This document shows, piece by piece, positions 47,549 to 56,777 of a stretch of 56,777 bases of DNA. The stretch lies in contig JAVECL010000088.1 of the NCBI GenBank assembly GCA_051942245.1, positions 1 through 56,777 of the forward strand, written 5' to 3'. How positions within the stretch are numbered: the first letter of the stretch is position 1; each line of letters begins with the position of its first letter. Made by a program: the position numbers and the translations under genes. Under the pieces are notes generated by a model. It was not told the origin of the DNA. It did not search any database and saw only the letters and a list, made by a program, of their open reading frames with translations. The DNA is from Trypethelium eluteriae. Lineage: Eukaryota.

Positions 47549-49963
47549 ATGCCTCCTCTATATCCTCGCGATGACTCCGGAGCGATCACATCCTTCAATA
47601 GATCCAATGACCCCAGTTGGCAAATCGACATCCCCGGACTTGCCCAATTGCTCCTTCGATTTGGCGCTGATGGACTGAAGAGATTGCAACTCAGCGGAGT
47701 AGATATTCATGCTATCGGCTGTCTGCTCTATCTTGGCGAGATCACACCAGCTTCTGTAGCATTCCGATCAAAACTACAGAAAACCCGCGATATCCAGCGT
47801 TCAAAAACTTGGTGGATTCATGAGGTCGCACAGTATAGATCGGGTGTCAATTTCGTTGTCGACGAACTTCTTAAAATCCGAGCTGGGGAAAACATCCTTG
47901 CATTGTTTACCGCGATCATCTCCACTCTAGAAGAAAGTTCCATTGAGGTTCTGAATCTTCTTTTCGATAAATTTGGCGCAGGAATGCAGAATACCCCAAG
48001 TATTGCTCAGTTGGAGAACATCCGATCAGTCTGCTTGAACCTGGCTAGAGATATGGATTTCAAAGATCGACTGGCCGAATTTCATCATTGGCTGATAACC
48101 CAGACTTCACATGAGGGCGCAACTCCCATAAACTACGAGGAGGCAATACCAAGCACGACAACGATCGTCGATCTTGTAGGCATCTTGAAAGACATGTCTA
48201 CCCAAGCCATGGACAGACGATCAAGACTAGCATATTACGGTCCCTGCGGCGCAGCATGGCTGATGCTGTATGCAAAAGAAATACTTGGTTTCTCAGTGTG
48301 TCTAGTATTCCGCAATGGGGATACAATCCCCCTGAGCGGAGAGTTCAGTGCAGCTGATGTTTTATTGTTTCTCCAAGCTTCTGACACCACCGATGTTTTC
48401 AAATGTCTTGAAAGGCCATCCGATATCATAACGTTGACATCTGCACCGCGAGATCAAAGCTTGTTACTAGATTGGCAACTCTCTTGTGGTGAAGGAGGCG
48501 TCGACTTCTTTGCACTCATTTGTCGTTGGAATATGAAAGATCGTCAAGAGATCGGGGACCTCATCTACTCCATTTCTGCAGAATATATCGAAAGACGTGT
48601 CGCCTGCAGAGGCCACGGTGATCATCCTCGTTGCAATGAAACATACCATGGACAAAATGTGGCATCGATGCTCAATGTCCTCCGTCAGACTCTACATCTT
48701 ATTGGACTGCCAGATCAATTCACACGCAAAACTTCTTGGCGAGATGACCATTTCAGTCACAATTTTGTGGATGGAACACCTCGTGCAGAACTCATATTAC
48801 GGCAGTTCTCGTCGATGTTACAAGATACGGACCAATCAACTATTCATCGTTGCGGACATACTAGGCTTCAACCCCGCGAAATCACTACACCATTTTCGAT
48901 CTGCCTCCGCTGCCATCTGTATGATGTGGTTCGGGAAATTGCCTACTTCTCCAGCTCTCTGGTGTTTTCGGACTGGTATATCGCTTTCAAGAAAGTATCC
49001 CACCGAAGACTGCTTACTGGAGGTGACAGTTTGGCTCAACTTGCGTACACGGGTTTCGGCGATTTGTACGACAGTCCGGGTTCCAAGGAATTACACATTG
49101 AAGGGTTCAATGAAACGGGCCTTGTTGGATTAGCCAATGAATTGGCTGCTATATGCAGCGACAGCGCTTATGCCTCAGACCTTATCCAATCAAATAAGCA
49201 TAAATTCCTAGGCATAAGTATTGATGGAACACTGATGGTTAATTATCGGGCAATCGAACCAAACTTACGACCTGGGCCATGGCTTATCTTACGCGACGGC
49301 CAGTTTTCTCTCCACGGAGAGCAGCGTTCACTCCTTGTAGCTTCCCTCCACCATGGTAGCTCATCTTGTGGTCACGGGGAAAACATCAAAAATCCAATCA
49401 CACCAACTGATCTCTTTCCGAGAATCATTCTCTCAGTAAAAGCATCGTTGCAAAGAGACACGATCAGAATGCAGTACACTGTCTCATACGAAAGCAAAGG
49501 GGATAATGGAGGTTCGATGAGATTCGAAATGGATGTTCCCGTTTTAAATATCTCTGACGGTCTCCAAGTTTTACACGTAGGGCCTAGCTGCCCTCATAGG
49601 TTTGAAGCACCACTACAAGTCAGCGAGGTACGTAAGGATGATGATTCTGATGATACAGGTCAGTCAAAGTCATACTTCAGAGACTCGGTCGGTAACCTGT
49701 GGCAAATCCGCGACACACTGCAATTCGATGCTCTCCGGCGGTCTTTCGCTGTTTTTCATTTGTACCCCGCAAAGGGCAATGCTGTTGCTCAGTGGGCTTC
49801 CGTCGCTTTGGCTGGATATCTACTAAAACGGTATCAGACTTTCAAGCATAATGGATTGTATCTTCAACAGAAAGCATGCCTGGCATGCACTGCTGACTAT
49901 ACGAAGGCTCATCTCGGCACAAGTGAAACGTACGACGCATGCATAATAACGGCCGGAAAATGA
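47549..49963 (+). CDS. Intronless 804-aa hypothetical protein, no recognised domain
   Basis: 2.4-kb ATG-initiated ORF with globular-protein composition; Cys/His clusters HRCGH..ICLRCH, CPH and QKACLAC. Confidence 0.8.
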   Translation: MPPLYPRDDSGAITSFNRSNDPSWQIDIPGLAQLLLRFGADGLKRLQLSGVDIHAIGCLLYLGEITPASVAFRSKLQKTRDIQRSKTWWIHEVAQYRSGVNFVVDELLKIRAGENILALFTAIISTLEESSIEVLNLLFDKFGAGMQNTPSIAQLENIRSVCLNLARDMDFKDRLAEFHHWLITQTSHEGATPINYEEAIPSTTTIVDLVGILKDMSTQAMDRRSRLAYYGPCGAAWLMLYAKEILGFSVCLVFRNGDTIPLSGEFSAADVLLFLQASDTTDVFKCLERPSDIITLTSAPRDQSLLLDWQLSCGEGGVDFFALICRWNMKDRQEIGDLIYSISAEYIERRVACRGHGDHPRCNETYHGQNVASMLNVLRQTLHLIGLPDQFTRKTSWRDDHFSHNFVDGTPRAELILRQFSSMLQDTDQSTIHRCGHTRLQPREITTPFSICLRCHLYDVVREIAYFSSSLVFSDWYIAFKKVSHRRLLTGGDSLAQLAYTGFGDLYDSPGSKELHIEGFNETGLVGLANELAAICSDSAYASDLIQSNKHKFLGISIDGTLMVNYRAIEPNLRPGPWLILRDGQFSLHGEQRSLLVASLHHGSSSCGHGENIKNPITPTDLFPRIILSVKASLQRDTIRMQYTVSYESKGDNGGSMRFEMDVPVLNISDGLQVLHVGPSCPHRFEAPLQVSEVRKDDDSDDTGQSKSYFRDSVGNLWQIRDTLQFDALRRSFAVFHLYPAKGNAVAQWASVALAGYLLKRYQTFKHNGLYLQQKACLACTADYTKAHLGTSETYDACIITAGK

Positions 49964-51653
49964 AGGGACTAGGTAAATTTGTGGTAATGATGTTTTCCAT
50001 GTCGAACCTGAGACTATACATGGGCCTCTCGAGTCCGAATTTCATGATTTCGCAAGGAAATGTAATAAGAAATGTCAGCCGAGTATATGGCGTACAAGGC
50101 TCAATATTTCACTGGTAGCCTCATAGACCGTCGATCTCTAACTTGGCCTATCAGAGAGATCCCATACGGGTTCTTCCTTGTTATTCTACTAGGTTCTTCT
50201 CCTTGCGTTTAGGGCAGAATTTGTTGAGGGGCTCCTAGGATTGATAGAGGCTTAGGGGTAACAATATTAGTCGCCTCTGATCACACAAATATGCCTTGTT
50301 ACATCCTCCAGTGGGTTCTCAACCATTGTTAGCTCAGCCTCGTCGTCGAAGTTAGATGCCTGATTGGATATGGTAACGGCAATAAAGATATCGCCTCCTT
50401 CAGGAACAGATCATCGAACTGTCCTCCGTAGCCTAGATAGGACTGAAGAGTTTTCGTACCAGTGCAATTGTCGCATAAGTCTATGTCTCAGTCGAGAGCA
50501 TCGTAATAGAGTATGCTTCAGCTTCTAAATTCCAACCAACCCGCAGCCTCAAGATCTGTTTTGCTTACTCCTCTACTTATCCTTCCAAAGCATTATGTTT
50601 ACATTTCAGACAATCAAACGAGGATAACCTGGCGAGCTTTCGAAAGTTTCTAAAGGGCAAAGATGCTGTAGCTTGTGTAGGCCGTCGAGTATTGCTACCT
50701 CAGAGCACAATCCATCCTCCAGAGATGATCAGTCTCCTTATCGTTCATCTCATTACCCACCATGAGGAGCAGATTTTCGCCAAAGCTTTATAATGACTTG
50801 TGTTAAAAAGTCGGAAATATTGTAGCAAGGACCACGTCAAGGGTACATCGCACAATAGAAATGATAGACCTTGGACAAAACAAACAAAGAAATGCTCCGA
50901 AACTCAAGAAATTCGATATTGACGACATCTAGGGACGATCCCTCGAGGTGAAATCAGCTCTACGCTCAAAACTCTGGGAAGATTTGAGAAACACCGAACA
51001 GAGCGCTGTATGACGATCAGGTTGTCGCCTAAGCTCTGTGGGAGTCTTTGAAGTGCTGGGTCTTTTGCTACTCACTTCAGGGCTCTCCGTGTTTACCAAA
51101 TACCCTGTAGGACGAGTTCAGGCCAGCATAAACTGGGTTAGTCAAGTTAGCATCCCAAGAGCAATGGTTTCGCCACCTCGAGAAGACAAGGACGGCTTTT
51201 GATTACAACTGAAGGAATAGCTGTGTCTGAGAGCTATGAAAATTTTCAATTCGCCTTCACCTCGATTTGTGAGGTTCCCACCATGCCAGTGGCCACTCTG
51301 AATTCTCTGCGGCGAGGTGTGCCTCCAACTTTTACGAGGGAACCATGTACGGATACTTAGTTACATGAGCGCCGTTGCTTTGAGTGATTCGTGCTCACTA
51401 CCAGCGATTTGTCAACCCCCTCTCTTTATGGCGGTACTATAGCGCTTTCTTGCTTTCATACAATTCTGAGGATCAAAGACCACACGCTCTATTATCAACA
51501 AGGCATTGTTTACGGCAGTGATTCGCGCATATGGAGGATATCAAATTACTTATAGAAGTAGCCTGTCGGATGAAATTATCGGCCCTCGTGTCCCTATATG
51601 CACTTACATTGAATGCACTCACATCTCCATTCCTTATCTCTTTCCAACTCAGA

Positions 51654-53081
51654 ATGAATTCCTCAAATCCGAAAGACAAGCGACAACAGCAGTTCGAGTC
51701 CGCGCAAAGAAAGCTTAAGCGTATTGAAATAGGATACGATAAGATCGACAAAATTTGGAATTCATTGTTGACAGAGACGCGGCTGAATCTCCCCGCTGGT
51801 GATGCGGTAATGCAAATATTGTGCCGTGGGCTGTTCGAAAATGAACGACCGAAAAGGAATGATCTACAACCGTTGCTACAAGTCTGGCACGATGAATATA
51901 ATACCGGAAAGAATATCGTGAGAGGGATAACCTCTGATATCAATGCAAATCGATTCGACGTGGCTAATGAAAAGTTATTAGTGGCCGAAAATAAGATGAA
52001 GGTAATGCTGACGGCCGTTGAACGAATGGGATATGAGAACATAGCAGAAAAGGCTTGGAATAATGACGCCAAAGGCGATTCATCCAGGCAAGAAGTTCGA
52101 CAGATACGCTTCAGAAATATGCTCCGCATCTGGATTGACGTCTTCGGACACCTGAGATTCTATGATTTCGAGAGCTTCTCGATCCTTGAAGACAGAATCG
52201 ATGAGATAATTGCGAAGAGTGACGGGTGGACGAAGTCTGGACGAAAGGCGCGCTTCAAGCCATGGTACTGTTCCGATCCCTTTCTTCCAGCTGGTGTTTC
52301 CTATATGGGACATTTTGCAAAAGGGCCGGCACCAAACTTGGGGGGCCTTCAAGGGAATTCTAGGAGGTTCAACAATCAAGAGAAAAAGACGGGAGCAGCA
52401 GGTTCTTCGTCTTCGTCACATGCCTCCACATCAAAAGACGAGTCCCGTCGATCTGATACTGGGTCACATAAGCCTCATCATCGCAAGCATCGGCGGACGA
52501 CCTCGCCTCCACGTACTGCTGCCGAAGAAGACATAGATGACCTTAAGGATTTCTTTACTGCAACGCCAGACTCGAAAGCAGGTAAGACGAACAAGTTAGC
52601 ACCAACTCCTGAGAAGAAGATAATACTGAGCCTAAAGGAGTACAATCAAAAATGGGATACGCTCGACCCACACTCACCAAGAGTTCCGTTTCCAGCTCCT
52701 TCTTTACTCGCCAGCAACATTTCCAGCTCGAGGCTACTGGTAGTCGCTGGAACAGAGAGGCTACAGTGGACAGCAGATCAGAGGACCATGGCAAATATCC
52801 AGGCGTTTTACTTGCTTGAACTTGGTATACGACCCAGGTATTGGATGGAACGCAACCAAATCAAAATGGGGTTCTCCTCAGCCACTCGAGCAGAGAAAGT
52901 AGAAACGCTGAAGCTCCAGCTTAAAACAGAGAGGTTCCGCTGGCATCCAGATAAATTAGGAGCTCGGAAAAATGAAGGGCAAGAAGAGGATGGGTCGTCG
53001 TTGCGATATGACTCTCTCGCGAAGATGGTACAGCTGGCTGTGCAGAACTTGTACGATGCATGTTGCGTTCACGCAAAGTAG
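51654..53081 (+). CDS. Hypothetical protein with C-terminal RWHPDK (J-domain/NFKBIL1-C-like) motif; 5' end uncertain
   Basis: Long ORF from 51531. YNQKWDTL..VPFP ... LKTERFRWHPDKL. A pyrimidine tract plus CAG just before ATG 51654 may be an acceptor for an upstream exon. Confidence 0.7.
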   Translation: MNSSNPKDKRQQQFESAQRKLKRIEIGYDKIDKIWNSLLTETRLNLPAGDAVMQILCRGLFENERPKRNDLQPLLQVWHDEYNTGKNIVRGITSDINANRFDVANEKLLVAENKMKVMLTAVERMGYENIAEKAWNNDAKGDSSRQEVRQIRFRNMLRIWIDVFGHLRFYDFESFSILEDRIDEIIAKSDGWTKSGRKARFKPWYCSDPFLPAGVSYMGHFAKGPAPNLGGLQGNSRRFNNQEKKTGAAGSSSSSHASTSKDESRRSDTGSHKPHHRKHRRTTSPPRTAAEEDIDDLKDFFTATPDSKAGKTNKLAPTPEKKIILSLKEYNQKWDTLDPHSPRVPFPAPSLLASNISSSRLLVVAGTERLQWTADQRTMANIQAFYLLELGIRPRYWMERNQIKMGFSSATRAEKVETLKLQLKTERFRWHPDKLGARKNEGQEEDGSSLRYDSLAKMVQLAVQNLYDACCVHAK

Positions 53082-53531
53082 ATATCGAAGCCTGTTGAGC
53101 TCGATTGAAGACTAGATAGAGTTTCATGATAAGTGTTCGGATGTCGATAGATCCTATTACGAAGTTCCTGGATGGTGCTTCATGACGGTACCTGTATTGT
53201 TGAGCTGTGAGATATTGAATTACCAAGAAGAGATTGAAGCTAGGCTTGATCGGAGAACATCGGGCCGAAGCCGGCCGAACACCGTCATCGTGAATCTCTC
53301 GGGTTTCCCTCGTGCCCTCCGCGCTCGCACATCTGGCAAGCTACCTCACTCTCGCAGCTAAATGGTAGTCATGTAGCTGATGTATCACATTTGATACATG
53401 TGCCAAGCTGTACCTGGCCGTCATAGCTTTTTCCCGCGAGCGAGCCCTCCAGACCTAGCGCCCATAGAAAGGGCTGCAGCGCGCCAAGCAACATCCTCTG
53501 CACCTCAGTATCGCAACGTCCCACCGCAAGA

Positions 53532-55990
53532 ATGAAGGCCTCAGTCGGACCTCGCAAGGCTCAGCCCAGCGCTGATACAAACCGTCGTCAATCTATCCGT
53601 CAAGCACGCTCAACTGCCCTACGTCCAACTAACTACTATGCGCGGCCTTTCCCATCCTTTGGCGGGCAAGCTGAGGAGACAACCAAGGACGCAGCACCTG
53701 GCTTCTTTCCCGCCATCCAACACTTCACCGATAGTGTCGATGCCCTGCCAAAAGAAGTTGTCCGTCATTTTTCCATGCTTAAGGAAGTCGAGGCCAAAAT
53801 TCACGGCCCAGACGAAATCCTCGCCCAGCTCCACAAAACCATCTTCGACCTTCCACCCTCTCTTCGACAACAACCGCAGCCTCTTGCACAGAACCTTTCG
53901 AGCTTTGCCGCGAACAATGGCATCAATGGAAGCATCAACGGCTCCGTGGCCAATGGTAGTGTCTCTAGTCTCCCACAACAAGCCACAGGGATGCTTGGGA
54001 ATCTTGGTCCACCACAGGCGGTGGATGATGAAGCAGATATGCGAAGACGACATCTTTTTTTCGAGTTACGGCAGACCCTCTATAACATGATGATGATACT
54101 TGATGAGAAGAACGCGGTCATCACCACGGCAAATCAAACGCTTTCGAAGCAACTCGCACGGATGGATAGCTCGTTTCCGAGCGTCGAAAAAGAAATCAGT
54201 GAAGAAGCTCGGCTCGGTAGCTCGACTCATTGGGCATACCAAGACAAAGATAGCAGGAAAGCGAATGGCACCACAACCACAGAGCGCAGAGGAAGGGACG
54301 TCGCTGCTGCCAACAATCTAGCTGCTGCAGCCGCTGCGGTACACGAGGGTGACATTGCTGCTCATCGAAGTGAACAACGCAGGCAAGCTGTTGCCGACCG
54401 CAGGGGTCGTGCTGCAGTCGATTCCGATTTCGATGATCGTCCGGTCAAGAAGTCTCATCATGCAAAAGTGCGCAAGACAGTAGACCCAGTTGGAGATGCG
54501 AAACGTGGAAATCATGGCACAAACGGTGCTGCCTCGACCACAACGACAAAACGACGCAAAGTCGAAAAGGGTGCAACAGCAGCTACTGACCGCTCGATTG
54601 CGGTGGCATTTAGGGGCGCTGGTGCTGGAATCAGCCCTAGGGAAACATCCGCTGCCGAAACTTCTAGGAAGAAAATTAAGGCTGCACCGTCTGCCCCTTC
54701 GGGACGTAGAAGGTATGATGTAGATATCCTTGAACTTGATGATGAAGCTGACCCTTGACTCAGAGTCGCCGCTGGCGGCAACCAATCCCCGTCTGTCGCT
54801 TCCTCGCCTTTGCATAGCACATTCGCAGCGGCAGCGACGAAAGAATTCAGCCCTGCGTCAGAAAGACCCATCTCCTCTCGCGCGCGCCAAGGATCGACGT
54901 CGAAGCCCTTACAAGCCGCTATCCTTGCCGAAGCCAGTCGCAATGGCTCAATCTCCTCAATATCTAACAAACAAGCAAACGGCGTCGGAGCAGGTACCCC
55001 CGAACTACGATCTGTGGCGGACGTGACTGGCCGCACGGTCGCAGAAGCACGATCCGGTATCAAAGACGCCTACGAAAACAAGAACGGCGAGCCCACAATC
55101 GAAGAAAGCAACGTCCGCGGCGCCCTCGTCGTCAACCCTGACCTCCACCCTCACAGCACCACAACCTCCTCCTCCCTCAAGCGCGAAGACGCCCCAGTTG
55201 CCCCAGATACCGGCCCTGCCGCCACCATCGACGACCTCGAACCCGCAGGCCCAGCTCCCGTCATCACCCGCAGCGGCCGCCAGTCCAAGACCGCCACCCC
55301 CATCACCGCTTCTTTCCCTTCCGACATCCCCATGGCCCGCTCCCGCAGCACCCGGCACAACAGCCTCGCGCACGCCGCCGCCGCCGCTAGCAATGGTCAC
55401 GGCAACGGCGGCAGTACTTCCGGCAACAGTGGCGGCGGCGGAGCAGGAGCAGGAGGAGGAGGAGGGGCGGCTGCTTCTGCGACGGAGGCGCCGACCAAGC
55501 GCTCGCACAAGCGCGGCGCGAGCTCCGCGCAGCAGCAGAGTCTCGACACGTCGCGCACGACTTCCAAGCCCTCGTCGCCCGATCCGAGTCGTGTCCTGTC
55601 GCGGCATTCGTCGCGGACGGTGCCGGATACGGAGGATGCGGGGGCGATGGCAGCGCGAGAGAGGGATCTGGAGGGGTCGGAGGGCGAGATGGAGGTGGAT
55701 GAGGAGGATGAGGATGAGGAGAATGAGCCGCGGTATTGCTACTGCAATGGAGTCAGTTATGGAGAGATGGTTGCGTGTGATAATGATGCGTGTCCGAAGG
55801 AGTGGTTCCATTTGACGTGTGTGGGGCTGACGAAGCCGCCGCCTTCGAAGAGTGAGTTTTTGTCCCTTCTGTTATCAGTCTCCTGGGTTGGAATATTCTG
55901 GATGGTGGCTGATATTTTGCGCTAGCGAAATGGTATTGTGATACCTGTAAGGAGGAGATGAAGAAGGCTAGGCCGAGCAGTCGACATTGA
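53532..55990 (+). CDS. PHO23: ING-family PHD-finger chromatin protein (Pho23-like)
   Basis: ING N-terminal helices [63 protein letters not shown]..|KWYCDTC; introns near 54712 and 55852. ING family is secure, the paralogue assignment less so. Confidence 0.88.
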
Positions 55991-56777
55991 TGCGTCAGGG
56001 AAAGGGGAGCGGGGCTGCTTTTCATAACGAGGGCGAGATACCTATTGTCTATGGAGATCTTCTGCGAGCTCATTGCTATGTGGATCTTTAAGTTGCACAT
56101 TCTTTTTCAGATGCAGTTTATCATCTCCTCGAAACCATCACTCAGAAAGTGCAAGGCTGTGCCTCGTCTAAGTAGATACTTTTGACAATGTGATTATCTT
56201 AGGCTCTGTCCTTGATGTCTATACCAATCGAACTATTGTACACGCTAGAGTTAACCTAGCAATCGTTGACGCTTTTGCCTTCCTGAATTCAATTAATCAA
56301 TCCCCGAGCCTGGGTTCCACCACGATGTAAGTTCCTAAGCAGAACCTCGCAATGCCTAACACCGTACCGAAAAGCTATGCACTACACTCCTTCTGTGGTA
56401 TCATCCCATCCCTTTCCATGTCCAGTCTTTTTACCCACCGGTCCATCCATTCTCAATGTGCGCAATGACTCCAGAACTGCCGCTCGATGCAACCAAGTGT
56501 ATTTCAACTCCAACGGACGCCCTGGAGCCCCCCAAATTCGCGCCCGCCAAATTAATCCCTCTCCCGTACCGTAACCAAAACCGTTATGTCCGCCTCCCTT
56601 CTCGACTCTCTGCCCTAAATTCTGACTCGTATTATGCCTGGGCCAGCCAAAAGTCGCCCGCATTGACTCGCCTAAAGGCCCATCTTTGCCAGAGGACCTC
56701 CTCTATCGAAGCTGCGAAAGGCCCATCATATACACTCGTGATGATCCTTAACGACCGAAGAACCAAAAAATTCCAGC

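Noticed and set aside
47549..49963. Spok-type meiotic driver (similar size, intronless, Cys cluster)
   Set aside because: No recognisable N-terminal coiled coil, PD-(D/E)xK nuclease or kinase motifs.
56382..56777. Short ORFs at the right edge of the window
   Set aside because: No motif, and stops in all frames nearby; could be a gene 3' end or remnant but cannot be supported.

Overview
Gene-dense chromosomal DNA from a filamentous ascomycete (Pezizomycotina-type gene content, short GT-AG introns with CTRAC branch sites). About 23 protein-coding genes can be supported: the 3' end of PAN1, a GliK-like gamma-glutamylcyclotransferase, a large disordered/coiled-coil protein, a LYAR-type zinc finger, ERV2, a branched-chain aminotransferase, a DEN1/NEDP1 deneddylase, an S28 peptidase, a small membrane protein, a Zn2Cys6 TF next to an MFS pump and a MetX-like hydrolase, HIS1, RPS28, a Net1/Dnt1-like protein, ARC40, U2B''/U1A, ATG10, CHK2, a CE16/GDSL esterase, a C2H2+Zn2Cys6 TF, two intronless orphan ORFs and an ING/PHD gene. 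I could not support any tRNA, rRNA, CRISPR array or intact transposon. Signals the genes do not explain: (i) recurrent ~0.5-1 kb domains that always switch from C(A)-rich to G(T)-rich on the top strand regardless of gene orientation; (ii) a structured 3' UTR of the U2B''/U1A gene with duplicated AUUUCAC boxes and an AAUAAA inside a hairpin, a possible autoregulatory element; (iii) a ~290-nt multi-hairpin intergenic ncRNA candidate and a structured long intron at the LYAR locus; (iv) an orphan two-gene island. All family calls come from motif recognition by eye; no searches or folding programs were run.
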